Positions 24,326-35,900 of a stretch of 56,471 bases of DNA are shown one piece after another. Made by a program: the position numbers and the translations under genes. The number at the start of each line of letters is the position of its first letter. Within the stretch, counting starts at the first letter, position 1. Source of the DNA: Spongospora subterranea f. sp. subterranea (taxonomy: Eukaryota); assembly GCA_049724395.1 (NCBI GenBank), contig JAUGWO010000068.1, positions 62,001 to 118,471 on the forward strand, in the 5' to 3' direction. A model generated the notes under the pieces. That model worked only from the letters and a program-made list of their open reading frames with translations. It had not been told where the DNA came from and did no database searches.

Positions 24326-25156
24326 AGGCAGTTGCGGTAATCACGGCAGTTTGCGTAAAACTGGTCTTTGGTGGAAAATATACTATTGGGATTTATTTTC
24401 AAAAAGACTCCATTGAGGAGTCATCACGGCCTTCCTCGCGAACCGTAAGAGCAAAGAACAAATGGCTGCTAATAAGCAAGGTTTGATGAACGATCCTCAC
24501 GAAGTTACTCTGGAGGCTATTCTTTTAGAGCATGACATGCAACCAGAAAAATTCACTGGCAAGCGTGTGAAAGAACTCAATGGAATTTTCAACAACATAG
24601 ATAGTAATTACCAAGGAGGGAAGATTCGTTCTTTACGTGCTAGAATACTTTTAGCGAATGATTAATAGCCTGACACGCTCATGTTAAGGACCTAAACGGA
24701 ATCTTCAATAATATCGGCTCGAACTATCTGGGAGGAAAAATCCGCTCTATGCAGAATAGAATCCCAAGGTAAAATTCGTTTGAAGACAGCAAAACAGCAA
24801 TTCACTTGGTTGACAGGCCCGTCAAATGAAGAACCACCGGACAATAACGTTGCTGTATCGGGAAAACGTTGTCCGGAAATCAAGGAATCCGGTTGTGTAC
24901 CAAAGAACTCCACAGGCGCATCCATTTTTCACTAAAAACTGCTCTTATTTCAAAGGCAGTTTTTTCTGATTTCATATTACATCGGTCAGTGGAATACATT
25001 TGCCGTGAAAGCCTGATATCCAAGATCCTGGTCATCGTGACACTTTCGGGTCGTATTGACATGAAATCTCGAGGATCAGGGGACGGATTGGAGTTGGTTA
25101 TTACCATCACCGATAAGTTCGGAGATGCAGCACCTTTTATCCATCCTGCTTTAAAG

Positions 25157-25527
25157 TCAAACTTTCGTGCGGCTTTAAGGTGTTTCCGTTGTATTGCGGT
25201 TAACTCCACCGTGGACAGGTCGATTCGAGTTGCAAATTATGTCGTCTGACTTCCTCTAAACGCTTGAAAACACGCGCCCGTGCCCAACAGATTTGTCCCG
25301 TTAAAAAAACAAAAAGCTGGTGACCAAGATCCACTGTCCTGAACAAACACGTCGCGTTCATGTAGCGCATTGGATGCATACGTGCAGCCGATGCGTTTAT
25401 CATGTTCTACAATGCTGTACCCGTTGTACATGCCCGCGCGCGTGTTTTCAAAAACTCGATTCGACCTGTCCAGCGGTGGAGTTAACCGCAACTCAACACA
25501 AACATCTGAAGGCCGCACGAAAGTTGA
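25157..25527. repeat. Older fold-back inverted repeat: 25157-25277 vs 25438-25527
   Basis: TGCGGTTAACTCCACCGTGGACAGGTCGA pairs with TCGACCTGTCCAGCGGTGGAGTTAACCGCA; roughly 85% identity by eye, with an indel. Confidence 0.85.
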
Positions 25528-26372
25528 TAATTCGCGCGTTGCCATGCGGCACACATCAGAATGACCCCTCCCTTGAGACACTTGTAGAAGAAATTACCGA
25601 TTTATTGTTATCCGGAGGGGACGGTCTACGTGGTCCAAACCCGGAAGCAACTGATGTATGTGGACATTTTAGGGTTTTACACTTTCCCCTAATTTGATTA
25701 TGATAGGACGCACGAATCTTCGCAACCAGTTCCCTGGATTTGCCACCGACGACGTGGACCGCATCCACTTTCAAGCGGGAGCTTTTAACATTTCATCCCG
25801 ACAAATGGGAACACATCCCTCACTGGAAACTGCAACCTAGTTCCGTTTCAGATTGCATTGATGCACACCATGCCGACCTGTTCAGTGCTCTATTTTTGCA
25901 TTTATTCGGAGCGCGAAAGGCACTTGACGTACATCTATACTGCGGCCAACAACATACGAGACTGGTATCAAACCATCAGACGAACGACGACCTCTCGCGC
26001 CTCGTGTCGCGTGGCCGTTTATATATGCGAACGCGCAGACGAGGGAAACTGCCAAAAGGACGGCTTTCGTACATGTCTTCAAAAACTATCTACCTACTAC
26101 ATCCGAACACCGGTGTCGGAGCACCCTGATTACGTCCAAGAATCGACGATTATTCGTCGATTCGAGTCGAAATATGGATTACTCAGCGTAATCGTACGAT
26201 CGAACGCTGCCGCAAACGACAACGCTCCCGACAACGCTTCCCACGACGCTCCCGAAACCGTTTCCAACGACGCCGAACCACGCTTCGCATACGAATAAAC
26301 AAACAACAGCACTCCAACCACTCCAAATTGCTTTGTTGTGCAAAAATATAATCGTGCAACGTTCAAAACCAA

Positions 26373-26665
26373 TACTCCCTCCGTCCCATAAAAGCCTATC
26401 GAAACGGACTTAATTCTTGTCCCATAAAACCTATCGAAAATTTATTTTATAGGTTCGTCACACAGTCAATAATTAATTTTTGGGCTTGGGTAACGACTTC
26501 GACTGGGCAATTCAACGAAGTCGGAAGTGCATTAGATCTGATTAGCTTCGCCTTCCCCATGTTTGGTATCCTGTAATTATTGCCTCCGTCGCAAGTCATT
26601 ACCTCAAGCATGCACCCTTGCAGGGTTAAGAAGACATTGATCAACGCCGTTGATTCAACAGGTTC
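26373..26665 (-). mobile_element. Mariner element 3' end: TA + Stowaway/mariner-type TIR and transposase C-terminus
   Basis: TA|CTCCCTCCGTCCCATAA at 26373; the minus strand reads NVFLTLQGCMLEVMTCDGGNNYRIPNMGKAKLIR. Confidence 0.88.
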
Positions 26666-27250
26666 GCCAAAAAAAATATCCATCAATGAACCTTATCAAT
26701 TCAACACTTCAAGCATCTTGTGCTCGAAAATTTGGGCTGTCAAAGCTATTACCCCAAAGTCCAACAGCATCGCTACGGTTAGCGTTAGAGCAACTTGGCA
26801 AGCACCCCAATGTTCTTTTCATGATTTCCTGTTAATTTGTGTTTTTGTTACTGGAAGTGCCACAACTCCAAACGACTCAACTGTTTTGCCGTCTCGTAGC
26901 GATCCGAAAGAATTCAGCAAAGATGCCAGTCAATTCATCACAATTACAGGTGATGTCGTCAGCCGCATTGCAACTTGTACGACGCTCTCTTGCTTGGTCA
27001 TCAAGTTGACTGAGTCGCCCTTTTAGTATCCTGATGATCAGCTCCTAGTTGCCGAAGATGACATTCTCTTCAGAGCCAGACAGCTTGGCAATGAACAAGG
27101 ACGATGATGCTGTGGAGTATGGACTGTAGGTAGATCACAAAGCGGCAATACCGCGGTCATGAGTCGCACAGGTCTGCCATTTCAATTGGCATTTACGCAA
27201 AAATCATGCGCATAAGCCAGTTGCAGTTGCGATCATAAATTCATAACACT

Positions 27251-28101
27251 ATGATGTCGACAAGTGCAAGATCAAGCAGGGGCGACGTCAAAACCCTCTC
27301 GTTGGATGCAGATAGCATCGTGCAAAGGCTTGAGGCTTTCAAAGAGACTGGCCAGTGCCCGCCTGAGGAAGAACGACACCTGCGAAGGCGACTGAAGAAA
27401 CAAGGTTTGGACAAGCGACCAGTTGTCGCGTTATGCAAGGTCTTTGCTTTTCAGCGAAGTCGTCGGCATTACTAGGTCCATTTACCGTTGTTGTGTCAGG
27501 TGTGCTATCAAGCATCTTTCAAAGGCAGACCATCCATGGATTATCATGTACGCCGCCACCATGAAATGGATTATTCCAAGGAAGATATTGTGGAACGGCA
27601 GTTCGACGTTTCTTCTCTGGTGTCACTGGCCAATAGGTTTCGTATACTGGAACGCATAAAGAATTATAAATCTGCAAGGACGCTGTCGGACCAAGATCAG
27701 ATTATTATGAAATCGCGTCTGGGTTTGTCCGTTTCCAACGAGGCCGAATTGCCGGTAATATATCGCCTGCGTTTGGTGAGCCAATATTTGTGTTGATGTA
27801 CACGCCATGTTTCCAGATTGTGAAATTCTGCTGTCTGGCGTGTTTTTACGTCGCAGAGCAACGGGGCGTGGTGGCCCATCATGTGCGAACATCGCATATT
27901 GAGATCATGAAAAGCTTGAACGAGGACAGGACTTGTACGATGATCATCGCACATGATATGGTCAACCCATTTGCGTCCGATATGGCCAATACGACGGAAG
28001 ACAAGGTTGTCAAAGACCCTTCGTTTGAGACCATATTCGAGAAGTTCAACACAGCATGCATCACACTTGGCTGCCCAATTGTAAGTTCTGTCTCTGTGTA
28101 A
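27251..28101 (+). CDS. Spliced gene with two C2H2-like zinc fingers (DUF3505/OrsD-like N-terminus)
   Basis: GT-AG introns 27440-27475 (36 nt) and 27776-27816 (41 nt) join three ORF pieces in frame; fingers CQVC-x13-HVRRHH and CLAC-x12-HVRTSH. Confidence 0.55.
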
Positions 28102-31068
28102 TCGTATGACAATATAGCTCATCAACGTTCCTGACAATAGCCTTTTCCGACGCCTACAGATGAAATGTCGCAATCAACTTTTCGGAAGCGCTATAGGCGA
28201 CTGGTACGCGAAGGTTTATTGCCAAGCGTCGGCTTCTTAAGCGACGAGGCTGGCATACAAGCCATACAGGTCCTAAAGCAAATAATTGCTGTTTCTCAGC
28301 GCTCATTTGGGTCAACGTGATGATGTAGAAGTCGTTACATCGCGGGACCGCGGTAATCCCGCATGTATGCAGGATTTGTTTGCAGAGTTTTGTATCCAGA
28401 CATAACGCACTGAAACATGTGAAAAGACACGGATCCAATATATTGAGGTATGTGGCTTCTGTCCACAATTCGAGCGGTAAGGTTCATGACTGGCGAGTTC
28501 GCGACATTCACATCTGACAAAGTGTGAACAAAGGGTTGGAGCCTTCCTGTGCAATTAAAAGTGCGATCGCGTCTGATGTCAAAAATCCATTATTCCGTGA
28601 TGGGGTAATGATCCCGGCATTGGCAATTCCTCGACCTGAGTCGGTAATTTCTTCTTTGCCAATCATGCGAAACTGAACGTTGGTTCTAGGTCGATCCTTC
28701 AAAGGTTGGATCGCAATTTAAGCGCTCTAGTGCATGAGCTGTCCCGCCTGCAATCTGTTTCCTCATCGGTGCCTGACATTCCCCCCAGTCCCCCAGCGTT
28801 GCCGGTTTCGAAGAAAAGATTTCCGCAAAAAACCAACATAACGGGTAAGAATGTGCTGATTCACTCTTGAAGTTTAGATTCCGATTTTTTATTTCGTAGG
28901 CGTGGATTCTGGCGATTGTGTGCGCCAACACCGCAGATTCAAAATACAAATACTGTAAAACTTTTTAACGCTAAAATGAACCATTCCCTATAGCGCCTGT
29001 GAAGCCCATTTTATGCAGGTCCATGTCTCATGGTCTGCCATTGATAAAAAAGCACTAGGATTTCCGTTTTCTTTAACCCAACTCTTTTTCCAAGTAAAGA
29101 GTCCACGACCATTCATCGACTTCATTCGTTCGTGGGTGGGGTGAAATGAACCTGGGTACAGCTGCCAACAAATCAAAACCAAATGTGGCCTCCACAAGAA
29201 CACAGTACACACAGCTTTTGAGAATCATAATCATCATTAATTTCTTTTGTGTTTGATGTCGACATATCCGGAAATCGTAAACCAGCTTCTACCAGCGTTC
29301 GTCTTTCATCTAACTAAACCAATGACGTTAAAATAATGCTATCCTCGATGTACAGCAACGCAATTGGTGTTGTTAAATTCCATTGAACTTGAGCCACGAA
29401 TTATTTTGCCGGTCGCAACAAAACTCGGTATGCAGACGCAAACGACGCAACGGAAAATGTACGAGAAGTCGGAACGGATAGAGTTAACCGACAATAGACC
29501 AGGCCGCCGGCAGCGCCAACAAAAAAATAGAAGACTGCTGCGACCAGCCTGCCCGCTGCCTCCACGATGTAGTGTTAGATGTATAATTAACCTCCCGGTC
29601 ACGATTGTTTGAATCGCACGAATATTGTAAAACCAGCTCCTCGATCCATTCACAATCAGTACGAGATTATAAATATTTAAACAATGCCTAGAATCTTTGG
29701 TACAATTGGGACTTGTTTTTGAAAACGTCCAAGTCAACAAATTCAGACTACAGAGCATTTTAAGTGCTCTGCAGGTGACTTTTTGTCGGATGTTGAAAAA
29801 CACCAATTTTCAGCACGTCGAAGACAATATAGTGAGGTCCGTTTTCAGTCAACCAGATTTCTCGAACCGGTCTCCCATTCTCTGGTTCATTAATTTCGGG
29901 GAGTGGCGTTCTTGCTCCAGATGATGGCTCGTTGAAACGGCACGCCGCAATGCTGGGAGATCGCGGTCAGATCCGAGAACATACTCATATATTTCCGATG
30001 ACCGCCATATCGATATAAACAATGTGGCCCGTTGCATCAGCATCGCATCCGAACAGTTTTAGTAGATAATATTCGCTTGGATCCATACATTACTTCATGT
30101 TGTGTTCGTTATTTTCCTTGTGCCACATGATGGCAAAACGTCGCTCGACCCAGCCTCGGTCCTGACTTTGCAAATCGATCCCGAGAGCTGCGTCTGATGA
30201 TCCAAACCCCAGCCGTCCAATAATTGTAGGTCAGTCGATGTTCACGCTTGAATTGATACAGCAGCTGCAATCCCATACACAGGAGATACAGCAGCAACAG
30301 CTCGTCCGGCAAGAGCGAATCCAACGTCATCACTACCGCCCAACAGCCGATACCCGGTTTACATTTTAGCTGGTTGAATTTCTACAGTATTTAGTTGAAA
30401 GATTATTTTGTCTGATTCACGTCACCCGGAGCCATTCAATGGTGCTCCATCATTAGTCCGAGGATTTGTTCAATCAGACCTTGCCGGTTATTTCATCAGC
30501 AATCCTCTACCTATCGCACAAGAAACATCACGAGTCTGACGCGAGAGTGGTTCAGCCAACATTATTATCGACTCGGGAGTACATAGTCCAATCGGGGCAG
30601 TCATTTCACGCGTCGAATGTGTCTTGCGGGCCCTGATTCCCATAGCCGGCTATCGCGATCAGCAGCTTTTGCATTTTGACGGCATACTGTAGTATGCCGG
30701 CTAACGGCCGCAAATTCTGAACCACTCTTTGGATTTTTCTTGAAAACCTGACGATCATTTTTGACCGGATGTAAATTACTCCCACCAGGTTTGGTTCCGC
30801 CACAAAATCATCAGTGTCCTAGCTGCAATTTGTGGGGTTTGTGCTTTCTCCTCCAGCCGACGGCGATCGTTTTGCTTGTGTGCTTGAAGCCAAAACCATG
30901 ACTGCCAATACCACAGTTCAAGAAGCGAATGACCGTCAAGACTATAGCCCGCTGCATCCAAGTGGGCAGTTTTTCCATGGGATCATCCGCGTCAGTGAAG
31001 ATGTAGACCGATGGGCAATCGTAACCATCATGATAATCCCCCTAAGTTTCCCCAATGAATGACACAGA

Positions 31069-32400
31069 ATTGCTTTTTTGAGAAGCCGCTCTCAGACGTC
31101 CTCTTGACCCAATTGTTGGCTATTGGTGTCAGAAATATGCCCAGATAAGCTTCGTCGACCACCGTCGTCCTAACGAGCTCCTGATTCACGGGAAGGACGG
31201 TCCCGCTTTTCAATTCTTTGAACGGTATGTAAAAGGTCCCAACACGAACGAAAATCCCCACAAAGATGAACGCCACAAAATTGTACAGGCAACGGTTGTT
31301 TGTGTGTCACAAATAAGGCATTCCTTTCTTTTCAGAGACACTCGCCCATGGAATGTATGCTGGTATGGTATGGTAAACACAGGTTCGCGGGTTATTATGG
31401 GTTGAGTAAGTTCTTTGCAAACGGCGCAAATCGTGCATCATCTGTCTGTCACATCGTTGAGGCATTGTTTGTTTGCGGTTGCTGATGTCACTTACATCAT
31501 TTATGCGGTTATTGATAATGGTTGATCTGCCAACCCTTGAAATTTACGAAAACATCATCGACCGCTGTTGCACGAACCATTTACAGTACTTGTCAAGCGC
31601 GAATTCATCACAAAGTTTGGATCTCACCCCTGACGAGTTTGGGCTCGCGGTTGATTTGAACATTGTCAAGGTCTGGAAAATCGCAATCGGCAATCGAAAA
31701 ACATCGGAAACGCTGAAGCCTGTCCATGACATAGTTCCTTCACAGTTGCTCAGTGGAATCAATATAAAGGCGAACAGGATATTGTTTCTCGTATTCTGAA
31801 GAATGCGAAAGTGCATTCTGATTGGGCGTACATTGTTGTTCGTATGATTATGACTGCATTGAAGAAATTTCATATGGGTTTTCGGCTGCTGAATCAACGA
31901 CTGGGAGCATTCAAAACCTACAAACATTTGAAGAAATCGCTGAACAAAGACAGTTCCTCTTGAAATTGTCTGAGTGTCTTGGTAAATGACTGGTCCATTC
32001 TGCTCACTTCATAACTGACAACGCCGCAACAGCCCCGAAAAGAAGCAAACTGGCATGGTTGAATTCGCCCGCAGGATGCAGCATTCGTTTGCAAAAGGAT
32101 ACCTTACATGCGCGAGTGGCTCTGAAAGAAAGGAATTCCCTATTTGTGGAACACAAACAACCGTTGCCTGTATAATTTGTGGCGTTCATGTCTGTGGGGA
32201 AAAGGCGTTTGGGCAACGTCGTGTTCGTGTTGGGACCTTCTACATACCGCTCAAAGAATTGAAAAGCGGGACCGTCCTTCCCGGGATCAGGAGCTCGAGG
32301 ACATCGTGGTCGACGAAGCTTATCTGGGCATATTTCTGACACCCAATAGCCAACAATTGGGTAAAAAGGACGTCTGTGAACGGCTTCCCAAAGCAGCAAT
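31069..32400. repeat. Inverted repeat of the piggyBac-like fragment: 31069-31353 vs ~32103-32400, ~750-nt spacer
   Basis: CCCAATTGTTGGCTATTGG...CAGAAATATGCCCAGATAAGCTTCGTCGAC on plus at ~31108-31160 is the reverse complement of 32309-32361. Confidence 0.88.
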
Positions 32401-32590
32401 CCTTAGCCGGCATTTTATGCCGGCTATTGCTTTTGTATGAAGCTGCGGTTTCCAAAAGCACGTTTACGGCAATTGGTGTTTGAGGCGAAAAATAACCGAT
32501 GTTTGTAAAAAGAGCTTGGCGTCGTTCAGAACCAATGAGACAACACAATCTCAGGTGTTCAAAATCGTAGAAGGCAACGGAGTGCGGATC
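32015..32590 (+). mobile_element. piggyBac-like transposase Cys-rich C-terminal fragment plus flank (homologue of 5400-5957)
   Basis: KRSKLAWLNSPAGCSIRLQKDTLHARV...CGTQTTVACIICGVHVCGEKAFGQRR.SCWDLLH, with frameshifts. Confidence 0.55.
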
Positions 32591-32968
32591 GCTAAACACA
32601 TCACGAGTCTGATTATTGGGCAAATTTCTGACGCGGCTAACTGTGAAAACATCGTCGTGGCTTTGCGGCGCAGCCCAACCGGCGCTGTGGATTCACGCGT
32701 CCAACGTGTCTTGTCTGAATCGGTCCCGTCAGTACAGAGACATCACGAGTCTTCTGACGCGGGAATAGTTCTCGTGACCCAGTCCAACCGGCGCCGCAGT
32801 CATTTCACGCGTCGTGTGTTGTCTTGTTAGAATCGGTCCCGTCATTAACAGAATCAGTGACACTGACTGATTAACGGTCATGCACGGCCCAATTTTCGCG
32901 CAACGATTTGTGCTCTGCACCGATCAGCTGGATTTTCGCGCGTTATTAGCTGTGTTGTCATTGCCGCA

Positions 32969-35900
32969 ATGGGTACGCAACGGAAACTTTACAGACAGGA
33001 GGCGTTTGCCCATCGTCACGACCCTCCCGAAGCGGGTGGGCCTGGCAAGCGTTTTGAGTACAAACCGCAAACCAGCCCCCAGACGCAAAGTCTCGAACAA
33101 AATTCGCGTCCGCCGAAGAACCGCAGCGATGATGGCAACAACTGGAAACAAACAGGGCGAAACAGCAAATCTGTTTCCGATGTTCAACTTCAACAGAAGA
33201 CTGATCGCGGCGGCAAATTTGTTGCGAAATTGGATCCTGATCGGCGGTTTTTCGACAAAATGATTCTCGACAAAGATGCAGTTCTAGGCGGATATCGAAA
33301 TGCGTGCAGATTCGTGAAGGTGCTGTCCGGCCTGAGCCTGATCAACCCGCTTCAGGCAATGTGGAAGATACTGTTGCCGGGGGGCGCTGGTGTCGAGCGG
33401 CTGCGCGAGATCCTCATGATCTGCGATCCGTCCGTCCAGCCCAGCGTCGTGGTGAACACGCTCATCATGCCCGCGATCAAAGCCCTGATCAACACTGCAG
33501 CTCGTCACGATCTCACGGCTCGACCTTCCCTAATCCAACTGGTCCACGAAATCTGGTCAGTTCCGTTCCTGTATCAACGGATTTTCGACGTCGCTCAGGC
33601 TGGATGCATTACCGACATGGATTCCCTGATCGTTTTCTTAACCTGCTATGCGTTTTTTTCCAGTTCAACGCAAACCCCTCAGGACAATGAACGGCTGGAG
33701 CGGTTGACGGAGCTTCTTGAAAGCCAGGGCTGTGAGCAGGCATTGCGTATCAAGAGGGCGATCATGCCAGATACCGCGCAATCATCACTGTACGCGCTGG
33801 AGCAGCAACCTGGAGGGCGTCACGACAATGATCGCGTTGATTATCGGGAGATTCGCATAATTCCTACGATGGACGAGATCAAATCGTGGTGGCGTCTAAA
33901 GCCAAGCGAGTCGGATTTCCTGCCAACCGCGCATGACGTCGGGTTTCTTGCGAATTCTCCAACACTGCGAATGCGGGATCGGGCGTTTCGCCTTATCCGC
34001 GAAGATATGTTGAGTACGTTGCGGGACAAATTACTGTCGTCGACGCCCTCTACCAAAGTTGCCAAATTCGACAATAGCTTCGTCTCGAAAATTTGCATTG
34101 AACCGATCCCTTGTATCGAGCTTCTGGTCCCGAAACCCGAGTGTGTGCTCAAACGAAAGAAGGGGGACCAGGATGAGTTCTGGAGGCGAACTCGTTGGCT
34201 GAGCAAAGGGTCGTTGGCGTGTTTTATCACGGAAGGCGGAGACGCGGTCATTGGACAGGTCGTGTCGCTGCTTTTAAATGTCGTATTGAAGGACAAGAAA
34301 GGCGATTCTCAAGAGCTCGTGCAAGTCGGCTTGTTCGTCGAAAGCTCTGATGAGCTGCGGTTTCTATATCAGTGCATCCGTTCGCGTCTGAAAGGAACCC
34401 TGATTCACGTCTGCAGCGAGTTTTTTTTCTATGAGCCCGTTTTGCAGACGCTTCAAACAACCCTAGAGTGCTCACTATACGACGAACTAGCGGCGCCACA
34501 ACCAACATCAATTACAAATGAAGCAACGCCAAACACGGTGGAAAATAATTATTCAACTTTCCCAACAATGATTTACAATGCGGTATTCCCGGCAACAAAT
34601 GTGGGCTCATTCTTGTCGGATTGTTTTCCAGAGCAATGCGCTCAGTTGAGGAATGCCTTCATGCGTCTGGACGAGGCTCAACGGCGGGCTTTCTTCGCGG
34701 CAATCGACAGAAAGAATCATATATCACTAATTCAGGTGATCAAACCACCCTTTTCACCTCGATTGTCGGTCCGTTTTTAACGTTTGATTTTCAGGGTCCC
34801 CCTGGTACCGGAAAAACGTTGATCGGGGTCATGGCCTCAAGAGCATTATTGCTGAACAGCACCACCCGCATTCTCTGCATTTGCTATACCAACCGACAAC
34901 TCGACCAGTTTCTGGAGGCGCTGCTCGACGCCGGTCTCGACAGGATCATTCGGATAGGAGGGCGTAGTACCAGTGAACGCCTGTCAGAGTACAACATTTT
35001 CAATGGTCCGGCCAACACTCGTCTCGATCGACAATACTATTCCCGCATGGATGGTCTTCGGGCTTTACGCGACGATGCTGCAGATTCAATCTCTGACGAT
35101 CTTGATTTGTTGGAGAAAGATCAGGATCCGACGTGGAGGGAACTGGTTTCTCAGCTGGACGAAGAAAGTTTGGAGCAGTTTGGTTATTATGACGATTTCG
35201 ATGATGATGGATTTGTTCTTACCGGGCGGTACGGTGTCATTCGAGATGCCGAGGATGCGTTCAAAGAATGGCGCCGAGGAGCTAAAATTTCCAAATTCGC
35301 AGCGCACCCGCTATGGAAACTTAATCAAAAGGAACGTACCTCGCTCACAACGAAGTGGAAGGCAGAGATCAACGACGTACGAATGACAAAACTGGAGACG
35401 CACTTTGAGACATTACGGAACTGCAGACGCGAAAAGGACTTGATTTATCAAAAGGGACATCTAGGAAGGCTGAAAGAAGCTCACATCATCGGATGTACCG
35501 CCACCGGTGCTGCCAAGTACCGCTCCATGATCAATGACGCTGAACGTGATGTGCTTATCATTGAAGAGGCTGCGGAAATTCTCGAAGCGAACGTCATCGC
35601 AGCCCTGAACCACAATGTTCGCAAGATCATCATGATTGGTGATCACAAACAGCTCCGGCCGAAAGTGAACGATTATCGACTGACAGTGGAAAGCGGCAAT
35701 GGATTCGACTTGAATCGCTCAACATTCGAACGCCTGATTCTCGAGAATTATAAGTTCACGTCTTTGCAGACACAGCACCGGATGCGCCCGCAGATATCGA
35801 AAATGGTTCGCGAGTTATGCTACGAGAATTTGGCCGATGGCGATGTGGTACAGAACTATGATCACATAACTGGATTGCAAAAAGACGTGGTTTTTGTGAA

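Noticed and set aside
25740..25930. DnaJ domain from an HPDK motif
   Set aside because: Isolated motif in a short ORF without recognisable J-domain helices.
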